A stretch of DNA of 64,000 bases from an uncultured Gammaproteobacteria bacterium. GTDB taxonomy: Bacteria; Pseudomonadota; Gammaproteobacteria; Steroidobacterales; Rariloculaceae. A model generated the notes under the pieces. It was not told where the DNA came from, did not search any database, and saw nothing but the letters and a program-made list of their open reading frames with translations. Of the stretch, positions 23,631 to 32,894 are shown piece by piece (the first letter of the stretch is position 1; every line of letters starts with the position of its first letter). The translations under genes and the position numbers were made by a program. The stretch covers positions 467,331-531,330 of the forward strand of contig CAWAYS010000005.1 in assembly GCA_963786385.1 (NCBI GenBank), read 5' to 3'.

Positions 23631-23814
23631 GATAGTCTCCGCGTTTTCTTGTTGGTACGGAGCTGCTTAGCTTGGTGAACAAGCAACGCAAAAGCAAACA
23701 GGCTGCGGCCCAGAGGGCCCATGCCTTCGGCTTGGGGGAAGGCTATGAGCGGCCCTCCGCCTTTTTTTTTGTCGAAGCCCGGCTCGCATTTCGACGTCCC
23801 GGAGGCCGGGTCGG

Positions 23815-24819
23815 TCAGCGGCGGACATATTTTTTTACGGTCTTCGACCAAACTTCCGCGCCGTAGATGTCGCCGGCGGCATCAGCGGCCAGGCCGTGTG
23901 CGCCCGTTTCCTGGTCGCGCGACGGATCGAATTCGGGATCGGGAATGAAAGCGACCACCGCGCCGTCGCGTGCACTGCCGACGCGAATACCGCGTTGCCA
24001 GCCCGGGTGCCGTGCGGCGTTCGATTGATTGTCCGACACGTAGAGCGTGTCGTCGGCCGCGATATACAGGCCGCTCGGTCGCCCGAACTGGGTCCACGCG
24101 TCGAGGAATCGGCCGTCTTGGTCGAAGATCTGAATCCGATTGTTGTCCCGGTCGGCCACGAACAGGCGACCGCGAGAGTCGATCGCGATCGCGTGGGGCA
24201 CGAGAAATTGACCCGGAGCCGAGCCCGTGCCGCCCCATTCGCGAATGTATTTGCCGTCGCTCGTGAATTCGACGACGCGGTTGTTGGAGGCCGTTTCGTG
24301 CCCGTCCGTGACGAAGACGTCGCCGTTCGGCGCGACGACCACGTCCGTCGGACCGTTGAAGTGATCGGGCCCCGACCCGGCAACGCCGGCTTCGCCGAGC
24401 TCGAGCAACACTTTGCCGTCGGGGTCGAACTTGATTACCTGATGGCCACGGCCGCTCCCGGCGCGCGCGTCCGTGACCCAGACGTTGCCGTCCGGGTCCA
24501 CGTAGATGCCATGTGGCCAAGCGAAGAGTCCGGCACCGAAGCTTCTCAACCACCGGCCGTCGGGACCGTAGAGCAGAATCGGATCGACGTCGGTGTGCTC
24601 GGCGCAGCTGTTGGCACCGCAGCGCTCGGCGATCCAAAGATTGCCGTTCGGATCCGGGGCCACCATGCTGGCCGACCCGAGCGTCCTGCCGGGTGGCGGC
24701 GTGAGCCAGTGATCGATTGTGCGGTACGGATTCGGCTGTGCAGCCGCGATTCCGAGGTAGCCGAGAGTGGCGGCCGTCACAGCGAGGCGTTGCAAGGACG
24801 GAAGCTTGATCGCGTACAT
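23815..24819 (-). CDS. Secreted NHL-repeat beta-propeller protein
   Basis: A signal peptide and repeated xGxxxFxxPxGIAVDxxGNIYVAD-like units (WPHGIYVDPDGNVWVTD, PTDVVVAPNGDVFVTD, PHAIAIDSRGRLFVAD). Confidence 0.75.
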   Translation of the reverse strand: MYAIKLPSLQRLAVTAATLGYLGIAAAQPNPYRTIDHWLTPPPGRTLGSASMVAPDPNGNLWIAERCGANSCAEHTDVDPILLYGPDGRWLRSFGAGLFAWPHGIYVDPDGNVWVTDARAGSGRGHQVIKFDPDGKVLLELGEAGVAGSGPDHFNGPTDVVVAPNGDVFVTDGHETASNNRVVEFTSDGKYIREWGGTGSAPGQFLVPHAIAIDSRGRLFVADRDNNRIQIFDQDGRFLDAWTQFGRPSGLYIAADDTLYVSDNQSNAARHPGWQRGIRVGSARDGAVVAFIPDPEFDPSRDQETGAHGLAADAAGDIYGAEVWSKTVKKYVRR

Positions 24820-24965
24820 TCGTGCAGTCTGCTTGACGCGCTCGCTTCATGGCAATCGCCGCGCGCGACCGCGCTGCTTTCCGGCAGTACATTTACGTAT
24901 TACGCCTGCTGGCGTTTGCGGTTTCCAATTGGCATCAGGGGAAGACGTGCCATCAGGAGGCCTGC

Positions 24966-25220
24966 ATGCAAAAGTCGTTTTGGATCTGCGCGGCGGTCGT
25001 GTGGGCCACGAACGCATCGGCCGACGACGTCGCGGAGTCTTGCCGCGCGTGTCACCGCGATGCGCTGAGTCTGGCGTCGTGGAGCGCCGAGGCGCTCGTG
25101 CGGCGAATCGAGGACATCCGCGCGGGTCGCGTCGACCACATGGTGCCGATGCCCGATCTTTCGGACGAACGACTACGGGCGCTTGCCGCGGAGCTCGCAG
25201 GCCGCGCCGGTCCGGGCTAA
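24966..25220 (+). CDS. Small secreted mono-heme c-type cytochrome-like protein
   Basis: An AGGAGG RBS, a signal peptide (MQKSFWICAAVVWATNASA) and a single CRACH heme-binding motif; 84 aa. Confidence 0.5.
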   Translation: MQKSFWICAAVVWATNASADDVAESCRACHRDALSLASWSAEALVRRIEDIRAGRVDHMVPMPDLSDERLRALAAELAGRAGPG

Positions 25221-26986
25221 AGCGGCCAGAAATAGGGCAGCAGAACGGTTGCGACGACCACGATCGCAATCTCGAGCGGTAACCCGAGCCTCCAGTAGTC
25301 GCCGAACCGATACCCACCCGGGCCCATGACCAGGAGGTTGTTCTGGTGCCCGATCGGCGTCAGGAAGGCGCACGATGCGCCGATGGCGACCGCCATCAGA
25401 AACGGATCGGAGTCGACGCCGAGATCCGCTGCCACCGTCGCTGCGATCGGCGCCATGATGACGGCCGTCGCCGCGTTGTTGATGACGTCGGAGACGAACA
25501 TCGTCACGAGCAGCACGAGCGCGAGCGCCAGGTACACCGGCTGATCTGCGACCACGGCCACGACGCCGCTCGCGATGACCTCCGTGAGCCCGGTTGACTG
25601 CAGCGACTGACCGACCGGCAACAACGCGGCGAGGACCACGATGGCCGCGCCGTCGAGCGATTGATAGACGCTGCGAGCGCGCACGACACGCGTCAGCAAC
25701 AGCAGCACGGCGCCTGCAGTCAAAGCCACCGCCGGCGGGGCGATGCCGAAAGCGATGGCAGCGAGCGCAGCGACGAAGGCCGTGACGGCCGTGGCCGTCG
25801 CGCGCCGATCGTGTATGACCAAGTGACGATCGCCGAGTGGTAATGCGTCGAATGCGGTCGTGGCGTCGGCCAAGTCCCGGCGCGTGCCTTGTAGCAGCAA
25901 GACGTCGCCGGGTCTGAAACGAAATGCCTTGAGTGTGCCGAAGTGGCGTAAGCCCTGGCGCGACACGCCGAGCACGTTGACGTGGTAGCGCGAGCGCAAC
26001 CGCAACTCTTCGGGGGTGGATTCGACAGGCGGCGACGCGGGCCGCAGCACGATTTCCGCGAGCGCCGTGTCCGAGAGCTTCAGCACGTCGCCGGGCTTGG
26101 GGGGCGCGCCGAGCGATACGTTGGCCCAGCCTTGGAGGTTCGCGAGCGCCTCCGGTGCGCCCTCGACGACGAGCACGTCGCCGGCCGCGAGCCGCAGCCA
26201 GGCGCTGAACCCGGGCGTCCAGTGCTCCTTACGCACGACACCGAGCAGCTCGACATCGCGTTTCTCGAGGCGCTTGGCTGCCTCGGCCGCGGCTTCGCCG
26301 ACCAGCTCCGAGTCGTCCGGTAGGTGCAACTCGGCGACATATTCGTCGACGCCTTCGAAAGCTTGGATCGGTGCGCGGCTGCGCGGGATCAGGCGCCAGC
26401 CAATCAGCGTTAGGAATGCGAGCCCGACCAACGCGACCGCGACGCCCACGGGCGAGAAGTCGAACAGGGAGAAGGGCCGGCCCGCCGAATCGGCCCGGAA
26501 CGACGAGACGATGATGTTCGGCGGCGTGCCGATCAAAGTCGTCATGCCGCCGAGCATGGTCGCGAACGACATCGGCATGAGAATGCGACTCGGCGACAAG
26601 TTGTGCTTGCGCGCGGCCGCGATCGCAACGGGCATGAGCATGGCCAGCGCGCCGACGTTGTTGATGAACGCCGACAGCACTGCGCCGAGCGCACAAAAGA
26701 GCGCCACCTGTATCGGGATCGATGCGCGGTCGATCTTCACGAGTCGAGCCAATGCGCCGACCACGCCCGTGGTTTCGAGTGCCCGGCTGAAGATCAGCAC
26801 GGCCGCCACCGTGACGACGGCCGGGTGTCCGAAACCCAAGAACGCGTCCGCGGCCGGCACCAGACCTGCGGCTACCGCCAGCACGAGCACGGTGAGTGCT
26901 ACGACGTCGTGCCGCCAACGCCCCCAAGCGAACAAGCCGACGGCGAGCGCGAGCAAGGCGGCGGCGAGTGTCTGCGTCTCCGACAT
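25217..26986 (-). CDS. SLC13/DASS-family anion transporter with two internal TrkA-C domains
   Basis: The 589-aa protein has N- and C-terminal permease halves (…GTPPNIIV…, …TPIGHQNNLLV…) around a soluble TrkA-C region. Confidence 0.8.
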   Translation of the reverse strand: MSETQTLAAALLALAVGLFAWGRWRHDVVALTVLVLAVAAGLVPAADAFLGFGHPAVVTVAAVLIFSRALETTGVVGALARLVKIDRASIPIQVALFCALGAVLSAFINNVGALAMLMPVAIAAARKHNLSPSRILMPMSFATMLGGMTTLIGTPPNIIVSSFRADSAGRPFSLFDFSPVGVAVALVGLAFLTLIGWRLIPRSRAPIQAFEGVDEYVAELHLPDDSELVGEAAAEAAKRLEKRDVELLGVVRKEHWTPGFSAWLRLAAGDVLVVEGAPEALANLQGWANVSLGAPPKPGDVLKLSDTALAEIVLRPASPPVESTPEELRLRSRYHVNVLGVSRQGLRHFGTLKAFRFRPGDVLLLQGTRRDLADATTAFDALPLGDRHLVIHDRRATATAVTAFVAALAAIAFGIAPPAVALTAGAVLLLLTRVVRARSVYQSLDGAAIVVLAALLPVGQSLQSTGLTEVIASGVVAVVADQPVYLALALVLLVTMFVSDVINNAATAVIMAPIAATVAADLGVDSDPFLMAVAIGASCAFLTPIGHQNNLLVMGPGGYRFGDYWRLGLPLEIAIVVVATVLLPYFWPL

Positions 26987-27031
26987 TGGCTATCGGGGCC
27001 GAGTCCTGGAGTCGCTCGGCGCGACGCGGAC

Positions 27032-28672
27032 TCAGGAGTTGCCGGCTGCCGCGGCCCGCAGCTTCGCGACCGCCATACGCTCCTCGCCGAACGGGTCGTT
27101 CACGAGCTCGGACTCGTCGTTGAAGACCATCGTCGCGCGCGTTTTGAGATCGAAGGCCGGCCATTTCGGCAAGCCGTCGTGGCTTGGGTTGCCCGTGCGC
27201 GCGAACGCGGCGAATGCGGCACTCATCTTGTCGGCCAGCGCGTAGCGGTCTTGACGCGCGCCCGTCATCGATGCGGCGACCTCGACGTTATTGAAGGCGA
27301 ACGGAATGTCGAGGGTGTGATAAGCCCTGAGCTTGCCCTCGTGAACAGGCGATTGCCAACGGAAGTAGTACATGTAGGCGGGTGCCTTGCCTTGCTCGGC
27401 TTTGCGCTCGGCTTCGGCAACGACGCCGGGTCGAAACGTCGCATCGGACGCGATGATTTGGTAGAGCTCGACGTTACTCGCCTTCGGTCGATTGTGCCTG
27501 TAGAGATCGATGAGGTCGCGTGCGCCAGTATCGTCGCTGTGCGTGACTTGCTTCACTCGTGTGAGAAGGTCCGCGGCCTCGATCTCGTCTAGTGGAGTGG
27601 TCGGGAAGAAGTTGACCTCGTGCTCCGTCGTGCTCGCCATGAGCGGCACCGTGGCCGAGACTTCTGTCGCCTTCGGGTAGAACGGATCAGCGGGCAAAGT
27701 GCGGCCGTCGACCACTGGCGAGAGCGCCAGTCCGCGCGTGTCGTTGGCGACGTCGCGCACCCGCTCCATCGGTAGACGCTGCATCTCGTCGACCGACTTC
27801 ACGCCGAGTGCCTTCATGAACTTTTCCGCACTCTCGCTGGCTCGGTCCTTCGGCGTGCCGCGCACGAGCGCACCGCTCATGCAGGCCGCGCGGTGAAAGA
27901 GGCCTTTGGCCGGCGGCATCCCGAGCAGAGCGCCCACCTTGCCGCCACCGCCCGATTGACCGAAAATCGTCACGTTGTCGGGGTTGCCGCCGAAGTTCGC
28001 GATGTTGTCGCGCACCCACTCTAGCGCCGCGACGATATCGAGCATGCCGAGATTGCTCGACTCGGCGTACTTCCCGCCGCCGATCTGCGCGAGATACAGA
28101 TACCCGAAGACGTTGAGTCGATGTGTGACGGGTACGACCACCACGTCTTGACTGCGCGCGAGCCGCGCACCGTCATACAGGAGCCAGTTGCCCGATCCAC
28201 TCGAATAGCCGCCGCCGTGGAGCCACACCATGACGGGTCGATTGCCGCGCCCGAGCCCGGGCGTGAACACGTTCAGATCGAGGCAGTTCTCGCTCATCGT
28301 CTCGCGCCGATCGAGCGCGTAGACCTCCGAAATGGGGCCCGTAAAATCTTGCGGCGAGCGATCGCCCACCTTGGTCGCCTCGCGCACACCTGTCCAGGAA
28401 GCAGGTTTCTTCGCGGGCATGAAGCGATTCGCGCCGGCCGTCGACGCGCCGTAAGGGACGCCGTAGAACGCGTTGACGTTGCCGTCGAGCACGACGCCTT
28501 GAATTCGACCGGCCGTCGTTTCCACCGCGCGACTCGCGCGCGCCAGTCGGGCGTCCTGCGCGAAAGCGCGACCGTAGGTGCCGCTCGCGAGCACGCCCGC
28601 TGCTGCCACGCTCGAGGCGAGGAATGAACGGCGATCGATGCTCGAGCGCGTTGTGCGGCTGTTCCTGCTCAT
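27032..28672 (-). CDS. Type-B carboxylesterase/lipase, Tat-secreted
   Basis: Tat motif SIDRRSFLASSVAAAG, the oxyanion-hole HGGG, the GQSGGG nucleophile elbow, and E/H triad residues. Confidence 0.8.
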   Translation of the reverse strand: MSRNSRTTRSSIDRRSFLASSVAAAGVLASGTYGRAFAQDARLARASRAVETTAGRIQGVVLDGNVNAFYGVPYGASTAGANRFMPAKKPASWTGVREATKVGDRSPQDFTGPISEVYALDRRETMSENCLDLNVFTPGLGRGNRPVMVWLHGGGYSSGSGNWLLYDGARLARSQDVVVVPVTHRLNVFGYLYLAQIGGGKYAESSNLGMLDIVAALEWVRDNIANFGGNPDNVTIFGQSGGGGKVGALLGMPPAKGLFHRAACMSGALVRGTPKDRASESAEKFMKALGVKSVDEMQRLPMERVRDVANDTRGLALSPVVDGRTLPADPFYPKATEVSATVPLMASTTEHEVNFFPTTPLDEIEAADLLTRVKQVTHSDDTGARDLIDLYRHNRPKASNVELYQIIASDATFRPGVVAEAERKAEQGKAPAYMYYFRWQSPVHEGKLRAYHTLDIPFAFNNVEVAASMTGARQDRYALADKMSAAFAAFARTGNPSHDGLPKWPAFDLKTRATMVFNDESELVNDPFGEERMAVAKLRAAAAGNS

Positions 28673-28890
28673 GAGTATTCTCCTTTGGCGTCGGGGCGCG
28701 GCCTGCGTGTCGCGGATCGTTGGAATCGTAGGCACAACGCATCGTCGGCACAACAACCGGACGCGTCTGGTGAACGTGTGAATCCGCGGCCGTGCGGCGT
28801 ACACTCTTTGCCGTCCGTGCGTCGCCGTACGGACCGGTTCGGCGCACGAGTCCGTCGGCCGTTCTCATGCGTCCGAAGGGGGGCACTTGG

Positions 28891-29982
28891 ATGATGAAGA
28901 CGACGAGACGCAGCTTTCTCGGCTCGGCAGTGACGGCCGGCATCGTGCTGTGCGGGTGTGGCTTGGCCGCCGCTCAGTCGGGAGGGCGTACGCGGCGCGG
29001 CCCAGTCATGATCAACGGACGCCGCGTCAAAACCGTCGACATGCACGCGCATCTGCTCGTGCCCGAAGTGTGGCCGCTCATCGAGAAGTATCCGCAGGCC
29101 GAATCGGACATCGGTGCGTTTCTGCGATCGCCGATGGCTGCCCGGCTCACGAGCGTCGAGACGCGGCTCGCCGAGATGGAGCGCCAAGGCATCGACATCC
29201 AAGTGTTGAGCCTGCACTTTCAACATCAGCACGACTGGGCCGACCGCGAGCTCGCGAGCGCGATCGCGAAGCTGCTCAACGAGAAGATGGCCGAGCAGGT
29301 AGCGGCTCATCCGGACCGATTCATCGGCCTCGGTGCCGTGTCGTTGCAGCACCCGGACCTTGCCGCCGAGCAGCTCACGCACGCGATGCGCGACCTCGGC
29401 TTGCGAGGCGTCATGATGACGACTCTGATCGGCGACGAAGAGATCTCGGCTGAACGCTTCGATCCTTTTTGGAACAGAGCCGAGGAGCTCGGCGCCGTCG
29501 TGTTCGTCCATCCGGAAGGGTTTTCCGGCGCCGACAAGCGTTTTGCGGGCGCGGGTCAACTCGGCAATACGATCGGCATGCCGCTCGATACGAGCGTCGC
29601 GCTATCGCACATGATCTTCAGCGGTTTTCTCGATCGGCACCGGCGCGCGAAGATCGTGCTGTCGCATGGCGGCGGCTTCTTGCCATCGTATATCGGCCGC
29701 GCTGACAACTGCTATGCACGCAGTCCCGGCTGTAGAGGGATCGACAAAGCGCCGAGCGAGTACTTGAAGGATCTGTACTACGACACGCTCGTTTACTCGC
29801 CCGAGAACCTGCGCTACTTGATCGACGAAGTCGGTGCACAGCGGCTCGTGCTCGGCACGGACTATCCCTTTCCGATCGCGAGCCAAGATCCCGTCGGCGA
29901 CGCGTTGGCCGTGAAAGGGTTGAGCGATGACGAGCTCGAGGCGATCTTGAGCGGCACGGCGTTGAAGCTGCTCGACGTTTGA
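28891..29982 (+). CDS. Amidohydrolase-2 family (ACMSD-like) metal-dependent hydrolase/decarboxylase, Tat-secreted
   Basis: Tat motif TRRSFLGSAVTAG, the HAHLL metal-binding start, and a conserved DYPFP C-terminal motif. Confidence 0.75.
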   Translation: MMKTTRRSFLGSAVTAGIVLCGCGLAAAQSGGRTRRGPVMINGRRVKTVDMHAHLLVPEVWPLIEKYPQAESDIGAFLRSPMAARLTSVETRLAEMERQGIDIQVLSLHFQHQHDWADRELASAIAKLLNEKMAEQVAAHPDRFIGLGAVSLQHPDLAAEQLTHAMRDLGLRGVMMTTLIGDEEISAERFDPFWNRAEELGAVVFVHPEGFSGADKRFAGAGQLGNTIGMPLDTSVALSHMIFSGFLDRHRRAKIVLSHGGGFLPSYIGRADNCYARSPGCRGIDKAPSEYLKDLYYDTLVYSPENLRYLIDEVGAQRLVLGTDYPFPIASQDPVGDALAVKGLSDDELEAILSGTALKLLDV

Positions 29983-30009
29983 TCCGCGCCACTCCAGGTC
30001 GGCGCTAAG

Positions 30010-30621
30010 TCAAAGCGGAGCGCCGAGACCCGTCCGCTTTCGTGCGCCACGCGCTTTGCGGCTGCCCCGCACGTGCTTGGAGGGTCGGCGGGACAGCTCA
30101 ATCGAGCCCGGCCGCGACGACGCACGGTGGTGGAAGACCGTGATGGCTGCGAGCTCGAAGCCGGTATGCAGTCGGCCGTCCGCGGCGAGGCCTAAGACGT
30201 CGGCGTAGCTGAACCATTCGATCGCAAGGATCTCGTCGGGGTCGAACCAATCGACGGCGCCTCCGACCTTGCTGCCGAAAACGCGGTGCACCTCGTCCCG
30301 ATGCGGCCAATCGCCGAGCTCGACGAGGTAAGGCAGGCGGACACGCAGCTCCTCGAGAATCTCGCGGCGCACACCAACCCTCGGGTCCTCGAGCGACGTG
30401 AGGCGGCCGCCGAGCAGACCCCACTTGCCGCGGTTCCGCGGGCGGCGCGTGTTGTGTTGGGCGAGTAGATACCGTTGCTCGAAAGCCAGGACGCAGCGAA
30501 CGCGGTCGACGAGGTGGCCGCGCGGCAACGGCGTAGGAAGCACCGCCGTCGGCGGCGCGTCTTCGGGGCGGCCGGACAGGCCGGGAGGCATTTCCCTAGG
30601 TCCTTTGGTGCTCAAAATCAC
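30010..30621 (-). CDS. NUDIX hydrolase
   Basis: Nudix box GKWGLLGGRLTSLEDPRVGVRREILEELRV. Confidence 0.7.
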   Translation of the reverse strand: MILSTKGPREMPPGLSGRPEDAPPTAVLPTPLPRGHLVDRVRCVLAFEQRYLLAQHNTRRPRNRGKWGLLGGRLTSLEDPRVGVRREILEELRVRLPYLVELGDWPHRDEVHRVFGSKVGGAVDWFDPDEILAIEWFSYADVLGLAADGRLHTGFELAAITVFHHRASSRPGSIELSRRPSKHVRGSRKARGARKRTGLGAPL

Positions 30622-30698
30622 TCAAGTTCAGGAGGTTACACGCCTAACTTTACACTCTTATGACGATGTACCGCAAAAGCCCTTCAACAACCTCGGGT

Positions 30699-31490
30699 TT
30701 AATCGGTGCCTTTGAGGTTGGCGACCGGGTAGAGGCGGTGGGCGACTCGGGCGATGCGTTCGTCTTCGAGCACGCCGAGCACGGCGTCGAGATCCTTGTA
30801 GACGTGCCCGCACTCGTCGAGGGGCGTTCTTGCCGTGTTGCCGACGATTCCGCGGATCTCCACGCCGCCGAGCGTTCGCGTAATCAACCGCATCTCGTCG
30901 TCGATTGCGTCGTGAATGCCTGCGAGCTCTCGCTTGGCTTGCCCGCGCGCCATGACGCGGCCGTCGCCGTGATCGACGAGCAACCCGACCGAAGCGCCCG
31001 GTAACGGATACAACATGGCAGCCCCCTGCAGCATGGAGCCCGGGACGAGGCAGGGTGCCGGTCGGTTCCCCGACCGTTCCGGCGAGACCGGGATGACCGG
31101 CCGGGAACGCGCGCGTCGCGCCCTTGCGGTGCACGAACCCGCGTTGCGTTCGTCCGTCGGGCAGGACGAGCGTCTCTTCCTGCACCAAGTTGTGCGAGAT
31201 TTCGTAGAACACTCGCCGCGCACGAAAAACACGTCCTCGAGCGCACGCTGTACGCCTTCGACGATGACATGCCGGTTGGCGACGGCGTAGTTGGCGGCCG
31301 AGTTGTGGTGTGCCCAGTATTCCGTCCTAGCGGCTCGTCGGCGTGCAGCCAAGACGCTTCACGCCGATTCGTCGGTTTGCGCGAGCAGCGGGGCCGAGAG
31401 ATAGGCGTGCACGTCGACGCGCATGTCGCCGGCACGCGGCAGCACGTAGTGGTTGTCGCTTTGCCGCACTAAGCGCGCTTGGAAAGACAT
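30699..31490 (-). pseudogene. rtcB: rtcB (RNA-splicing ligase) remnant: N-terminal 43 aa, an in-frame TGA, then only the C-terminal ~200 aa with a further frame change
   Basis: The segment MSFQARLVRQSDNHYVLPRAGDMRVDVHAYL matches the RtcB N-terminus. After the stop at 31359 the same frame continues with TEYWAHHNSAANYAVANRHV (equivalent to residue ~285 of archaeal RtcB). ORF 30658..31212 carries FYEISHNLVQEETLVLPDGRTQRGFVHRKGATRAFPAGHPG. The C-terminus is …GHVYKDLDAVLGVLEDERIARVAHRLYPVANLKG. The ~240-aa central region is absent. Confidence 0.6.
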
Positions 31491-31492
31491 CG

Positions 31493-32509
31493 TCAAAGCC
31501 GAATCCGCACGAAGTCGCTCAACACGCCGCCTGGCTCCCCCTGCACGGAGATATTGCCGACCTTGTCGGTTATCTTCTCCAACGCATCGAGCTCTCGGAG
31601 ACGCACCGCAATCGGGTTGTGCTCCAACGCGATGTGCCTCACGCCCACGTCTCGGATCTCGAGGCCGATCCCCGCGAGCTTCGCGCGAACGTACTCCAAG
31701 ACCGCAAGGTCGACGGCGCCCTGGTCGCCGTGCAGCGCGTCGAGCGTGCGGGTGCCCGCCGCGGCGCGCAGACCGAACTGAATCTCCTTGCGCAACAAAG
31801 CCAACGGATCCTCGACTGCCGTGACGGCCTTGCGCGCATCGACGAAGCGGTAGCTCGCGTTCAAGCTGACGCGCAGGGGGATCTTGTCCTTGGTCAAGAC
31901 CTCCTGCCCGACGATCTCGAGCGTTTTGACGCGCAGATCGACTACATCCACGGTCGGGCCGCGAGTGAACTTCCACAGCACGTGCAGCCCGGGCGCGAGC
32001 TCGTCCGCAATCTGACCGTCGACGTACAGTAAGCCGATGTGCCCCTCGGGCACTTCACGAACGAGCGCGGCATGCTCGAATGCCGAGTTGTGGCGTGTGC
32101 CGATCTCGCCCACGATGATCCTCGCCAAGCGCGGTGCGACGACCGGGTCGATCGTGATGTCGATCAATTCGGCCGTCACGCGCACGACGCCTTTCCAAAA
32201 GAGCGCGCGGCGACCGGGGCCGACGACCGTCGCCGGCCGGCCGTTCTCGCAGATCACGGCGAGCTGGCTCGGGCCCGTCTCGACCTTGACGAACATCGCG
32301 TCGATTTCCTCGGGATACCAGCGAATGAGGAAATCGAGCAGCCGGTGCTCGAATGCCGGTCGCGACAAGTCGTAGCGCTCTACCTCGACGCGCTTGCGCG
32401 GATCGAAGAAGCGATACGTGCTCGGCGCGAGAAAGCGCTCGAAGTCGCCGTTCTTGAACAGCAGTCCACGCTCGTGCTTACGCACCGTGAACTCACGCAG
32501 AAACAGCAT
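31493..32509 (-). CDS. Slipin-family SPFH/band-7 domain protein
   Basis: ATG at MLFLREFTVRKHERGLLFKNG. The C-terminal SPFH domain is GHIGLLYVDGQIADELAPGLHVLWKF…. The stop abuts the rtcB remnant start (TGAATG). Confidence 0.75.
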   Translation of the reverse strand: MLFLREFTVRKHERGLLFKNGDFERFLAPSTYRFFDPRKRVEVERYDLSRPAFEHRLLDFLIRWYPEEIDAMFVKVETGPSQLAVICENGRPATVVGPGRRALFWKGVVRVTAELIDITIDPVVAPRLARIIVGEIGTRHNSAFEHAALVREVPEGHIGLLYVDGQIADELAPGLHVLWKFTRGPTVDVVDLRVKTLEIVGQEVLTKDKIPLRVSLNASYRFVDARKAVTAVEDPLALLRKEIQFGLRAAAGTRTLDALHGDQGAVDLAVLEYVRAKLAGIGLEIRDVGVRHIALEHNPIAVRLRELDALEKITDKVGNISVQGEPGGVLSDFVRIRL

Positions 32510-32642
32510 CGTTCCTCTCCTTTGTCGGACCTCGACACGCCGGCGACCGAAGACGCCGGTATCCAAAGGCGCCGTGAAGCGCCCAAGCCCGCCGCCCTGG
32601 TGGGAGGGCGGCCGATGTTCACGCGGATCACTCGAAAAAACG

Positions 32643-32714
32643 TGCACCGGGAAGCGTTCGAAGCTTCGGCCTCCCAATTTCGATCGGGCGCTCTAACGAC
32701 TGAGCTACCGGTGC
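32643..32714 (-). tRNA. tRNA-like element, possibly a pseudo-tRNA, with a 6-nt anticodon loop
   Basis: The minus-strand fold has a GCACCGG/CCGGTGC acceptor stem, a TA-GCTC-AGTCGTTA-GAGC D-arm, a GAAGC-TTCGAAC-GCTTC T-arm and a 5-nt variable loop. The anticodon stem is CCCGA/TTGGG but the loop is only UCGAAA (6 nt), so the anticodon is ambiguous (GAA/Phe-like or CGA). No CCA is encoded. Confidence 0.55.
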
Positions 32715-32859
32715 ACTAACTCCATGGTCAGGGGAAGACCACGGCCGCAGCGGGCAGCACACGAGCCCGTCGCCGGGCGCATCGCGGTGCCGACGGGGGG
32801 AGGATCGGCACGCGCTCTCGTGTACCGCCCGCAATCGAGTTACCCGCGTTGTCAAAGAG

Positions 32860-32894
32860 CAAAAAAAAGCCCCGGTGGAACACTTCCACCGGGG
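32860..32894 (-). terminator. Rho-independent terminator, strong on the minus strand
   Basis: On the minus RNA, GCCCCGGUGGAAGUGUUCCACCGGGGC (a 12-bp stem) is followed by U8. On the plus strand it is preceded by A8, so it is only weakly bidirectional. Confidence 0.7.

Noticed and set aside
23631-23814. A confident SAM-I riboswitch call upstream of metY
   Set aside because: Only the GGCGGAGGG core resembles SAM-I. The kink-turn, the GCCCGAUGA pseudoknot partner and the AUUCC elements are absent. It is kept only as a low-interest finding.
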